Of a stretch of 64,000 bases of DNA, positions 10,358 to 19,530 are shown piece after piece; positions within the stretch are counted from its first letter, which is position 1, and each line of letters opens with the position of its first letter. This DNA is from Longimicrobiales bacterium (GTDB lineage: Bacteria; Gemmatimonadota; Gemmatimonadetes; Longimicrobiales; Gaopeijiaceae). The translations under genes were made by a program, and so were the position numbers. The stretch covers positions 2,656,001-2,720,000 of the forward strand of contig CBDFMQ010000002.1 of assembly GCA_965249725.1 (NCBI GenBank), in the 5' to 3' direction. The notes below the pieces were generated by a model. That model searched no databases, was not told where the DNA came from, and saw only the letters and a list, made by a program, of their open reading frames with translations.

Positions 10358-10875
10358 CGAGGATTCACGACGAGGTGCTCGCCCTCGAATACCTTGCGAT
10401 CCCACGGAAAGATGATCGTCGCATCGGTCTCGAGCGCGAAGTAGTCCGTCTTGTATCCGTGCGTCCGCGCAAAGCTCGTCGCCGTGCGCACCTCGGTCGG
10501 GTCGATGTCCCGGATGGCGGCGAGGCCGAGGCGGAGCGTGTCGCCCGACGTCGCGATCTCGTCCACGAGCAGCACCTTCTTACCTCTCGCCTGAACCGGA
10601 GCCGCTGACAGAACCGCCGGCCGATCCAGAATCTGGTTGTCTCCCTGCTTGCGCGAGATCTTCATGGAGTAGAAGTCCACGCGCAGGATCGAAGCCACGA
10701 TGGCGGCTGGAATCGCCCCAGCGCGGGCGATCCCGACAACCAGGTCCGGGTGGTAGTCCCGGGCCACGCGGAAAGCGAGCGCACGGCACAGTTCGCCGAA
10801 CATCTCCCAGGACACGTCGAGGAACTCGTCGGTGCCGCGGTAGTTGGGAGCCGGTGTAGGCTGCATATCATGCAT
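10333..10875 (-). CDS. Type I phosphoribosyltransferase (purine PRT-like)
   Basis: VVGIARAG, PRPP loop VLLVDEIATSGDTL, IIFPWD. Confidence 0.88.
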   Translation of the reverse strand: MHDMQPTPAPNYRGTDEFLDVSWEMFGELCRALAFRVARDYHPDLVVGIARAGAIPAAIVASILRVDFYSMKISRKQGDNQILDRPAVLSAAPVQARGKKVLLVDEIATSGDTLRLGLAAIRDIDPTEVRTATSFARTHGYKTDYFALETDATIIFPWDRKVFEGEHLVVNPRYEGAVED

Positions 10876-10984
10876 GGCAAAGCTCCTGTGCGCGACCGCT
10901 CTACTTCCTCAGCAGCCTTCTGAAAGGGGGATGATTAAGTTAGAGGCGCGGGAATGGAAAACAAACCACTCATGACAGTGTGAC

Positions 10985-11431
10985 ATGGACGAAGCGCTGC
11001 AGAGCCGAGCCGACGATCTCTTCGAAGAGGCGCTGGCGCGGACCAACGCCAAGGACCCCCGAGAGTTCTATCGAGAGCGCCTGCGAGAGATGAAGGGTTC
11101 GGACCCCGACGCCTATCGAACAGCGGTCGAGTACTACCAAGAGGAGTTGATTCCCTCCATCGCCGAAAAGGGAGTGGATCCGCTGACGTCATGGCAGGCA
11201 TACGGCTGCCGCCTCGCGGAGTTGAGCGTGCCCGGCAAGCCTGTCGAGGTTGACGTGACCGGAAAGACCCATCAGTACCAGCCGCCGACTCCGGAGGACC
11301 GCATGATCCTCCACATTCCCCAAGGGACTAAGGGTCGAGCGCTGGTCGTAGGACTGCCAAAGGAGTTGTCTCCCGCCCAGCGGGCCACGTACGATCTATT
11401 GGTCGCGGGACGCCTGCGACTCCAGGAATAG
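10985..11431 (+). CDS. Hypothetical protein
   Basis: 148-aa ORF with coding-like composition, divergent from the PRT gene; no motif recognised. Confidence 0.75.
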   Translation: MDEALQSRADDLFEEALARTNAKDPREFYRERLREMKGSDPDAYRTAVEYYQEELIPSIAEKGVDPLTSWQAYGCRLAELSVPGKPVEVDVTGKTHQYQPPTPEDRMILHIPQGTKGRALVVGLPKELSPAQRATYDLLVAGRLRLQE

Positions 11432-11441
11432 GGGAGATCCG

Positions 11442-11726
11442 ATGCCGTACGACAAAAGAATGCGGACAGCCACCAACATGGTCTGGGCGCCGCGTCCGGG
11501 TTGGGCCACGGTTCGCTTGGTGGGCACGTGTGCCGATCGGACGCTGCGCCGAGGACAGATCGTGATGCACACCCCCAGTGACGAATACGACATCCCGGGA
11601 CAGGACGAGGGTCTGGCACCAAGCACGTTGGTCATCATCCTGCACGAAGCCGCACGGCTCGTGGAGGACGACCTACACCTGGTGCCCGAGCATGCGGTGG
11701 TGGCGATCGGAGAAGAGCTGCCCTAG
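11442..11726 (+). CDS. Small hypothetical protein (possible remote GroES-like fold)
   Basis: GGGGAG RBS, 94 aa, directly follows the upstream ORF. Confidence 0.6.
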   Translation: MPYDKRMRTATNMVWAPRPGWATVRLVGTCADRTLRRGQIVMHTPSDEYDIPGQDEGLAPSTLVIILHEAARLVEDDLHLVPEHAVVAIGEELP

Positions 11727-11774
11727 CCGCCCCTCAGGCAGCACCTAAGCGCCCCGGGCGGGGGGCACATCCGA

Positions 11775-13598
11775 CTACGTGGCCAGATCCTCCACCAGAT
11801 AGGCGACACCCCACGCTCCGGTGCCCAGGTGTGTGGAGATGACCGGAGTCGCGGGCGCGCTCAGGATCTCCACGTCCCCGTAACGTGCAACGAGCAACTC
11901 CCGCACCTCAGGGACGATATCGGGGGCTCCAACATGTACGATTCCGAAGCGGATCTTCGCGGGCCGCTCCCCCACCTCCTCCGCTATGGCATCCAGAAGC
12001 GCCGTCATGACACGGGCGCGCCCCATGGCCTTCCCCTTCGGGACCACCTTGCCTGATGCGTCCAATCCGAGAATGGGCTTCACATTCAGGAGCGTCCCTA
12101 GCAGCGCCTTGCCCCTTCCCACGCGGCCGGAAGCCAAGAGCCGGTCGAAGGTCTCCACCGTGAAGAGGAGTCCGGACTGTGCACGGACGCGATCGAGCTC
12201 GGAGACGATCTCGTCCGGCTCCAGGCCCATCTCGGCCATCTCGGTCGCCTTCAGTACCAGGAGGCCCTGAAGCAGCGACGCGCCGAGGGAATCCATGATC
12301 CGAACCGACAGACCCTCCGCCCTCGAAATCGCCGCTTCGGCCGAGGCAAAGGTCCCGGAGAGCCCGGATCCGAGGAGGACACCCACAACCTGTTCGGCGT
12401 CCTCGGCCGCACGCTTGAACCCCTCGAGAAAAGCACCCGGTGGCGGTTGTGAAGTGGTCGGAAGGGCGTCCTGCCCGGCGAGCATCTCGTGGAACCGGTC
12501 GGCGGTCACATCGACCCCGTCCCGGTAGACCGTATCACCCTCGACCAGCATGAGCGGAACCACCTGGATGCCATGGGCACGGATGATCTCCTCGGGAAGA
12601 TCCGCGGCACTGTCGGTCACGATGCCTACCGGACGGCGAGCCAACGACAGATGCGACGTGCCTGCGCGACCCACGGCGGCGTGCTGGGCCTTCATGTCTT
12701 CGGCCTTGTGGGTCACGAGGTTGCCGAGACCCTTCAGATACTCGAAGACGTCATCGGGTTCGTCCGTGTGGATGTGCAGTTTGAGCACATCTCCCGAGCG
12801 GATGACGATCATCGAGTCGCCTCGCTCGCGGAGATAGTCCCGCACCTCTCCTTGCGTAGGTAGATCGTCCCCGCGGACCAGGGCCTCGGTACAGAAGCGA
12901 TACCGCTCCTCACGATCCGGGTACTCGACCATGGCCACGGCGGGGGGGCTGGCCTCGAAGTCGCCATTGGCCTTGCTCGTCAGCGGATCCCCGTGAAGGA
13001 AGAGCACCACTCCTTCCAAGAGGCTGACGAATCCCTTGGCCCCCGCGTCCACCACACCCGCCGCCTTGAGCACGGGGAGCAGGTCTGGGGTCCGAGACAG
13101 GGAGTGCTGGGCATTCTCCAGCATGTGCTCGACCAATGCCGCGATATCAGAGGTCTCGGCTACTGAGACGGACTCGGCCGTCTCTCGCATGACGGTGAGG
13201 ATCGTACCCTCGACCGGCTGATCGATGGCCGCATACAGGTTTTCGACCCCGGCGGTGAGAGCGACCCCGAACTCCTCGGCGCCGATGCGATCCCGATGCT
13301 CCAGGACGCCGGCGAACCCGAGCAGGAAGTGAGACAGCATCATGCCGCAATTGCCGCGAGCCCCCAGCACGGCGGCATCCGCCGCCTCCTGGGCGACCAC
13401 GCCCACCGCACGGTGCGTACTCCCGTCCAGGTGGTCCACAATGGCCTGGACGGTGAGCGCCAGGTTGGTTCCGGTGTCACCGTCGGGGACGGGAAAGACG
13501 TTGATCCGGTTGAGTTCGCCACGCTGTTGTGTCGCCCACTGACAGGCGGCGGAGAGCGCCCTGCGGAGGCGAGGGCCGTCGATGTAGCCAATCTGCAT
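11775..13598 (-). CDS. DAK2 (FakA-like) plus DegV (FakB-like) fusion, putative fatty acid kinase
   Basis: LNRINVFPVPDGDTGTNL, GARGNCG, PVEGTILTV, VVDAGAKG, FCTE, HIHTDEP; then IVTDSAADLP, PTTSQPP, LSGT, SGRVG, HLGTG. Confidence 0.93.
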   Translation of the reverse strand: MQIGYIDGPRLRRALSAACQWATQQRGELNRINVFPVPDGDTGTNLALTVQAIVDHLDGSTHRAVGVVAQEAADAAVLGARGNCGMMLSHFLLGFAGVLEHRDRIGAEEFGVALTAGVENLYAAIDQPVEGTILTVMRETAESVSVAETSDIAALVEHMLENAQHSLSRTPDLLPVLKAAGVVDAGAKGFVSLLEGVVLFLHGDPLTSKANGDFEASPPAVAMVEYPDREERYRFCTEALVRGDDLPTQGEVRDYLRERGDSMIVIRSGDVLKLHIHTDEPDDVFEYLKGLGNLVTHKAEDMKAQHAAVGRAGTSHLSLARRPVGIVTDSAADLPEEIIRAHGIQVVPLMLVEGDTVYRDGVDVTADRFHEMLAGQDALPTTSQPPPGAFLEGFKRAAEDAEQVVGVLLGSGLSGTFASAEAAISRAEGLSVRIMDSLGASLLQGLLVLKATEMAEMGLEPDEIVSELDRVRAQSGLLFTVETFDRLLASGRVGRGKALLGTLLNVKPILGLDASGKVVPKGKAMGRARVMTALLDAIAEEVGERPAKIRFGIVHVGAPDIVPEVRELLVARYGDVEILSAPATPVISTHLGTGAWGVAYLVEDLAT

Positions 13599-13751
13599 GT
13601 GGCCAAGATCGAGGACACTCCCGACACGCGCAACGCGGCTCGCCGCGCAACGCGTCCTTGTCACGAATCGGTGCGCGTCTCGTTCGGAGTCACCATATTG
13701 CTGTCATCTCACATGAAATTATGACTCTGTGAACGAAAGGTGGGAGGACCC

Positions 13752-15035
13752 TTGGCCGAAGCCTCAACTCACTGGCTCGCGACGATCGCGTTGCGGGCGG
13801 GCCTGGGAGACGCCATGAACTCGGGCGTATCTGATACGACCCCGGTTGAGAAGGCCTGGCCCTGGGTAGCGGACTTTCTAGGAATCGCTCAGACAGAGCT
13901 CGCCGAAGGCATCGGCCAGGCTCTTCGTCTACCCGTGGCGGATTTTGCCGCGGCCGACCCATCGGCCCTCTCTTTCCTGCCGAAGGATCAGGCCGAGCGA
14001 CTGAACGTCTTCCCCCTCAGAGTCACGGACCGCGAATTGGTGGTAGCCACCGCCGATCCGCTGGACTTCGAGGCGGAGCGAGAGGTGGGCTTCCTTTCGA
14101 GCCGTCGGACCGTGTTCGAGGTGTCCCCACCCGAAGCGCTCGCCGAGGCTCGGGACCAAGGGTACTCCGAAGCGCAAACCAGTTCTCGGGAGACGATCGG
14201 CGGCGACCAGCTCGACGCGGCCTATAGCCAGGTAGAGCTCGACCCCGACTTCGAAGGTACGATCCCGTATCACGCCGAGTCGGTCATCAAGGTAGAGCGG
14301 CTGATATTGTACGAGGCCTCCAAGCAGGGCGCGACGGAAATCCACGTGGCACCCAGAGGCAGCGTCGGGCGCGTACAGTTCGAGTTGGGCGGCGAACTCA
14401 AGACCTTCGTTCGCGTGCCTCTCAAGATCATCGCGGAGGTGGTGGATCGCTTGCGCACCCTCGCGGACCTGCCTTTCAGCACAACCGAACGACAAACCGG
14501 GACGATTCCCCTCCTCATCTCCGGCGCCAAGTACGAACTGTCCGTGCACACGGTCCCGTCGGCCGCCGGGCATCTGGTGCTATCACTCGAGGGAGAGGGT
14601 GCACCGGCTCCCGCGGCTCCGAAGAAACGCGACTGGCAGCCGGCGACGACGACCGACGAGGGGCACATCCTCATCGTCGACGACGATGCCGGGGGACGTA
14701 TGCTTATTCGCACCGTGCTCGAGAAGAACGGGTTCGCCGTAACGGAGACGGATGACGGTAGCACGGCCATCCCGTTCCTTCAGCAGGCCGAGGACATCGA
14801 CGGCATCCTCCTCGACCTGATGATGAAGAACATGGATGGCCTCGAGACGCTCAAGCGCATTCGGAAGTCCATGAAGACGTCTGCGCTACCGGTAGTGATC
14901 CTTACGGGGTCACAGGATCCCGAAGACGAGAAGCGCCTCATGAAGGCAGGGGCAGATGATTACCTGCGAAAGCCCGTCGATCCGCTACAGCTCGTGACGC
15001 GTATCCGATCGGTGCTCAAGAGAGCTCGTTCCTGA
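13752..15035 (+). CDS. GspE/PilB N-terminal domains fused to a response-regulator receiver, no ATPase domain
   Basis: T2SSE_N-like FPLRVTDRELVVATADPLD; N2-like ASKQGATEIHVAP; receiver ILIVDDD..LLDLMM..DG..VILTG..ADDYLRKP. GGAGG before TTG 13752. Confidence 0.8.
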   Translation: MAEASTHWLATIALRAGLGDAMNSGVSDTTPVEKAWPWVADFLGIAQTELAEGIGQALRLPVADFAAADPSALSFLPKDQAERLNVFPLRVTDRELVVATADPLDFEAEREVGFLSSRRTVFEVSPPEALAEARDQGYSEAQTSSRETIGGDQLDAAYSQVELDPDFEGTIPYHAESVIKVERLILYEASKQGATEIHVAPRGSVGRVQFELGGELKTFVRVPLKIIAEVVDRLRTLADLPFSTTERQTGTIPLLISGAKYELSVHTVPSAAGHLVLSLEGEGAPAPAAPKKRDWQPATTTDEGHILIVDDDAGGRMLIRTVLEKNGFAVTETDDGSTAIPFLQQAEDIDGILLDLMMKNMDGLETLKRIRKSMKTSALPVVILTGSQDPEDEKRLMKAGADDYLRKPVDPLQLVTRIRSVLKRARS

Positions 15036-15043
15036 TACCTCGG

Positions 15044-15907
15044 TTACCCCGCGAGTAGCGACGTGGCGGCACCGATCGCCGTCGCCAAGAACGAGCGACA
15101 AGCCTCTTCCTGATCCGCCGCGCCGCCTGCCGAGATGAGGGCCTCGGCCGTCATGACGGCGCCGACCCATCCGTCACGATGCCAGTGCGCCCCACCCGGG
15201 AGCTCCGGTAGATCAACGGCCGCCGGATAGGGATGGGGTGTGACATAGAAGTACGGTGCGGAGTACGCTCCGTCGCCGGGAGATAGGCCCACACCCACGG
15301 TGGGACCGTCCTCGGCCCCGAGCGCAGCATCGAGCACCAGGAGCGTGGCGATGTCGCAGTGGTGCGGCCAGCCCCGTACGGGCGTGGCCTCCGTGTGGGT
15401 CGGCCGAACTCCGTCGAGAATGGCCGCAGCGTTCGAGAACCACGCCTCCAACTGGAGCAGGTGACCCTCCTCTCCGCCAGAGAACGGTCCCCCGTCGGCC
15501 ACCTGGCCGGGAGGAATCACGTTTTCGGGACGGCCGAGCTCGACTCGTGGTTCTCGTTGGATCACCTCCAACTGGTCCTCGAGCCAACGGTAGGCCTCCT
15601 CCAGGGTGCCGCCCACCAAGGAGCGCTTTGCCGCGACCACATCCCCGGCTCGAATCGAGAGGGTGAGATCTCGGGGCCGCAGCGCGACTCTCAGGCGCGG
15701 CTCGGCACGGGCGGGCTCCGAGAAGAAGCCGCACTCCCCGGCATTCCACATCATGCTGCGGTGGCTGTAGTCCGGGCGGGGTTCCACGTGGGCCTGTCCG
15801 AACGCTCCGAGCAGCTGGACGGAGCCATGAAGCTCGATCCGCCCCCCCTCCAGCTCATCGGGCGGAACCCTCCCGAGCTCGGTCCAGGGAACGGCTTCGA
15901 GATTCAA
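15044..15907 (-). CDS. Hypothetical protein, DUF5996-like
   Basis: WPHHCDIA, VGVGLSPGDG.Y.APYFYVTPHPYP, GAHWHRDGWVGA; overlaps the upstream stop. Confidence 0.7.
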   Translation of the reverse strand: MNLEAVPWTELGRVPPDELEGGRIELHGSVQLLGAFGQAHVEPRPDYSHRSMMWNAGECGFFSEPARAEPRLRVALRPRDLTLSIRAGDVVAAKRSLVGGTLEEAYRWLEDQLEVIQREPRVELGRPENVIPPGQVADGGPFSGGEEGHLLQLEAWFSNAAAILDGVRPTHTEATPVRGWPHHCDIATLLVLDAALGAEDGPTVGVGLSPGDGAYSAPYFYVTPHPYPAAVDLPELPGGAHWHRDGWVGAVMTAEALISAGGAADQEEACRSFLATAIGAATSLLAG

Positions 15908-17541
15908 CTTCGAACTCCGGCAAAGGCAATCCCGGTGAGCTCAGCCACGTTCTTCTGCCATGTGGTGAGATCACCGAGGCTCATCTCGGATAGGTGGCTC
16001 TTCCCGCACGCGCGTGCCAAAACCTTCATGAGCTCGGTCGTAGCCGTGAGGTAGTTGTTGAGCTGTTGCGCCGACTCTTCGACGATGAGACGTAATCTGA
16101 GGTCCTTCTTCTGGGTGGCGATACCAACCGGGCAGTTGTTGGTGTGGCAGGCACGCATCCCAAGGCAGCCGATCGCCTGGAGCGCCGAGTTGGCGATCGC
16201 CACGGCGTCCGCACCGAGGGCCAGCGCCTTGATGAAGTCCGACTCCGTGCGCAGGCCCCCGGTGATGATGAGCGTCACGTCGTCGGCCCCGACAGAATCG
16301 AGATGCCGTCGAGCACGGGCCAGCGCCACCATCGTGGGTACCGAGATGTTGTTCTTGAAGATCTCCGGAGCCGCGCCCGTGGCGCCGCCCCGGCCGTCGA
16401 GAATGACGTAGTCCATTCCGGCCTCGAGCCCGAAGTCCAGGTCGGCTTCGATATGCTGGGCGGACATCTTGAAGCCGATCGGGATTCCCCCGGTGCGCTC
16501 TCGAATCTGATCCGACAACTCCCGGAAGTCCTCCGGTGTCACAAGATCTGGAAACCGCGACGGAGAGATGGCCGCTACACCCTCCTCGAGACCTCGCACC
16601 TCAGCGATCTTGCCCATCACCTTGCGACCAGGAAGGTGGCCGCCCGTTCCGGTCTTGGCGCCCTGCCCTCCCTTGAAGTGGAAGGCCTGCGACAAACACG
16701 CCTTGTCGAGACTCCATCCGAATCGGGCCGAGGCCAGCTCGTAGAAGTACCGGGAGTTCGCCGCCTGCTCCTCTGGGAGCATCCCGCCCTCTCCAGAGCA
16801 GATGCCCGTTCCCGCCATCTCGGCTCCGGTGGCGAGGGCGACCTTGGCCTCCTCTGAAAGGGATCCGAAGCTCATGTCACTGACGAACAAGGGAATGGCT
16901 AGGTGCAGAGGCTTCCCCGCCTTCGGGCCGATGACGACGTCCGTGCCCACTGGATCCTCGTCTACCAGCGGCCGGGTGGCCAACTGAGCGGTCAGGATCT
17001 GTACGTCGTCCCAGCGCGGCAACTCGGTGAGGGGCACGCCCATGGCCGATACGACCCCGTGGTGCCCTACGCCCTCGATCCCACCCTTTGCCAGTCGTTG
17101 GATGTAGCTGTTGTGAGGCTCGGCAGGCGTGCCGTGGACATCGGCGTACAACCCCAGGTATTGGTCCCGGTCATAAGGTTGGGCGTTCTTCTCCTCCCAT
17201 CCGCGGACCTCCTCGGCGTCAACGAATACCGCGTCCTCCGCCACGTCGATCCATGACCCGAACTTGTAGAGCACTTCCTCGTTGTTGTATTCGCTCACAC
17301 CCGTGTCGTACCGGTAGTCCCAGTTGTGCACCCCGCAGATGAGGCTCTCTCCACGGACGTGCCCATCGGACAGGAGTGCGCCTCGGTGCAGGCAGCGGCC
17401 GTAGAGCACTGAGACGTCGTCGTCGTAGCGAATGACTACGAGATCGACGTTCTCGACGAGGGCGTACGTGGGCTGACGGTCCTCGAGGTCACTCCAGGTC
17501 GCGACCTGAACTCTCGTTGGACTGACGGTGGGAAGATCCAT
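15904..17541 (-). CDS. Rieske [2Fe-2S] domain plus FMN-binding glutamate-synthase-family protein
   Basis: Rieske CLH...CGVH; SDMSFGSLS, SGEGG, KGGQGAKTGTGGHLP, DGRGGATG, GGLR, CLGMRACHTNNCPVGIATQ. Confidence 0.92.
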   Translation of the reverse strand: MDLPTVSPTRVQVATWSDLEDRQPTYALVENVDLVVIRYDDDVSVLYGRCLHRGALLSDGHVRGESLICGVHNWDYRYDTGVSEYNNEEVLYKFGSWIDVAEDAVFVDAEEVRGWEEKNAQPYDRDQYLGLYADVHGTPAEPHNSYIQRLAKGGIEGVGHHGVVSAMGVPLTELPRWDDVQILTAQLATRPLVDEDPVGTDVVIGPKAGKPLHLAIPLFVSDMSFGSLSEEAKVALATGAEMAGTGICSGEGGMLPEEQAANSRYFYELASARFGWSLDKACLSQAFHFKGGQGAKTGTGGHLPGRKVMGKIAEVRGLEEGVAAISPSRFPDLVTPEDFRELSDQIRERTGGIPIGFKMSAQHIEADLDFGLEAGMDYVILDGRGGATGAAPEIFKNNISVPTMVALARARRHLDSVGADDVTLIITGGLRTESDFIKALALGADAVAIANSALQAIGCLGMRACHTNNCPVGIATQKKDLRLRLIVEESAQQLNNYLTATTELMKVLARACGKSHLSEMSLGDLTTWQKNVAELTGIAFAGVRS

Positions 17542-17543
17542 GT

Positions 17544-17576
17544 CGGGCTGACTCCGGGCTGACGCCGGGCTGACGC
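17544..17576 (+). repeat. Tandem repeat, 3 x 11 bp (CGGGCTGACGC)
   Basis: One copy has a mismatch; lies directly upstream of the minus-strand ATG at 17541. Confidence 0.85.
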
Positions 17577-17644
17577 CGGTCGTTATTGGGGAGCGATTGG
17601 GACATCACAAGGAAAGTGAAGATACGCTTCCAAACGTCCCTGCA

Positions 17645-17724
17645 CCCTCGCCGGTTCTCTCGCCGGTTCTCTCGCCGGTGTCCCTCGCCGGTTCCCTCGC
17701 CGGTGTCCCTCGCTGGTTCCCTCG
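17645..17724 (+). repeat. Imperfect tandem repeat, about 6.5 x 12-13 bp (CYCTCGCCGGT[T/GT])
   Basis: Read directly from the sequence between the Rieske-GltS gene and the ada stop. Confidence 0.9.
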
Positions 17725-17765
17725 TGTCGACCGGCCCGAGAAGGTGGTGGTTCTGCCCGACCCCG

Positions 17766-18848
17766 CTAGTCGCCGCTCACGTCCTCGGCCGAAGCGATCC
17801 CCTCCACCTCGAGCAGCCTCTGTTTCCGCCAAAGTCCGCCGCCGTACCCGGTGAGCTTACCGTCCGCCCCGATCACACGATGGCACGGTATGAGGATGGC
17901 GATCCGGTTGTCCCCGTTGGCGCGGGCGACGGCCCTTACGGCCGTGGGACGTCCGATCTCCTTCGCGATCTCACCGTAGCTCTTGGTAGTTCCAGCCGGG
18001 ATGGCCCGTAACCGAGTCCACACGTCCCGTTGGAACGAAGTGCCCGGCGTGACCAGAGGAATCCGAAACTCCGTCGCCTCGCCCCGGAAGTAGGCCTCCA
18101 GTTCACGGGCCAGGCGGTCGAACACTTGGCTCGTTCCCGGCACGAACACACAGTCGAGGTGCTTTTGGAGCCGCACGAGTTGGGTCTCAAGCATGCGTCG
18201 GTCGGCGAATTCCAGGAGGCATACGGCGTCGTCGACCGCCCCCGCCACCATGGGGCCCAATGGCGTGGGAATGCGATTCACCGTAACCACCGTGGAGTTC
18301 TTCACATCCCGTGGTGTCTGTCCGACGAAGCGCTTGAAGGCCTCGTTGAATCCACTCAGCGATTCATAACCGGTACTGAACGCCGCTCGGCTGACACGGG
18401 ACCCCTGTTGGATTTGGCCGAGAGCCAGGCCCAGTCGTCGGACCCGTGAATAGGCGTGAAAGGTCATCCCGTGGTTCGTCTGGAACCAGCGGCGAACTCT
18501 CTCCGGACTGAGCCCACGGCTGCGGAGGTCTTGATCGGTCCAGCGCCGCTCGGGCTCGTCCTCGAAGTCCCTCATGAGACCGTCGAGCCAGTTTGGTAGG
18601 GCCCCTGATGGCTCCATGGGCCGACACCGCTTGCACGGCCGGAAGCCCGCCATCAGAGCTTCGCGGGTGGTGGTATAGAAATCGACGTTCTCCCTGCGCG
18701 GCTTCTTCGCAGAACAGGTCGGGCGGCAGAAGATGCCGGTGGTGCGCACGCCCGTGAAGAACACGCCGTCATAGGACCCGTCTCGGGACAGGAAGGCGGC
18801 GATCATCTCGCCGCGGTCTGGTAGCATGTGTGTATTCATGAACGACAA
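17766..18848 (-). CDS. ada: Bifunctional transcriptional activator / O6-methylguanine-DNA methyltransferase Ada
   Basis: TTGIFCRPTC and FRPCKRC Zn site, AraC-type HTH, PCHRV active site. True start may be 18839. Confidence 0.95.
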   Translation of the reverse strand: MSFMNTHMLPDRGEMIAAFLSRDGSYDGVFFTGVRTTGIFCRPTCSAKKPRRENVDFYTTTREALMAGFRPCKRCRPMEPSGALPNWLDGLMRDFEDEPERRWTDQDLRSRGLSPERVRRWFQTNHGMTFHAYSRVRRLGLALGQIQQGSRVSRAAFSTGYESLSGFNEAFKRFVGQTPRDVKNSTVVTVNRIPTPLGPMVAGAVDDAVCLLEFADRRMLETQLVRLQKHLDCVFVPGTSQVFDRLARELEAYFRGEATEFRIPLVTPGTSFQRDVWTRLRAIPAGTTKSYGEIAKEIGRPTAVRAVARANGDNRIAILIPCHRVIGADGKLTGYGGGLWRKQRLLEVEGIASAEDVSGD

Positions 18849-19140
18849 TCTGGGACATCGTCATCCGGCATTCCACCGGAAAACAGACGTTGAATTCTGG
18901 GACTTCAACGGCGGTCCTGAAACCCCATGCGCCACCCCCCGTCCTACTCGAGTTCGGGCCAACAGGCTCGACCGGTTCAGGCGCTCAGTAACGAAAAGAA
19001 CGGCTTCCCGTACAATTCCGGCGAGACTAGAGGGATGGCGAACGGGGCGCCCTAGCGTTCCAGAGTTCGTTTCGGCTACACTTGGGCTCAGTCCGCACTC
19101 GGGTTCACAACACCGACCCCACGATCAGGAGTACGTTTCC

Positions 19141-19530
19141 GTGAGAGCAGCCACGCTGGGAAGAATTCTGCTGCCGGCAGCATTGGTCATCCTGGTCGCC
19201 TGCGAGGGCCGGTCCAGCACCACTGTCGACGACCAGAGAGTCGTGGTGATTACGGTCTCGCCCCCGACCCCCACCGTGGAGGTTGGAAGCTCGATTCAAC
19301 TCTCGGCTCTCGCGAGGGACGTGAACAGCAACATCGTCAACGGCGCTTCATTCGTGTGGAGCAGCTTCAACGAATCCGTTGCGACCGTCGAGTCCGGCGG
19401 GCTCGTCACAGGCGTTGCGGTAGGCGCGGCCATTATCGACGCGCGCATCCCGGGCGTCTCGGTCACGGCAGGATCTGCTAGTTTGACGGTCGTCGCGGCG
19501 GCGGCGGCGGCCCCGGCCGGAGACCGTTAG
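19141..19530 (+). CDS. Ig-like (Big_2) domain lipoprotein
   Basis: AGGAG RBS, lipobox LVAC, WSSFNESVATVESGGLVTGVAVG. Confidence 0.82.
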   Translation: MRAATLGRILLPAALVILVACEGRSSTTVDDQRVVVITVSPPTPTVEVGSSIQLSALARDVNSNIVNGASFVWSSFNESVATVESGGLVTGVAVGAAIIDARIPGVSVTAGSASLTVVAAAAAAPAGDR

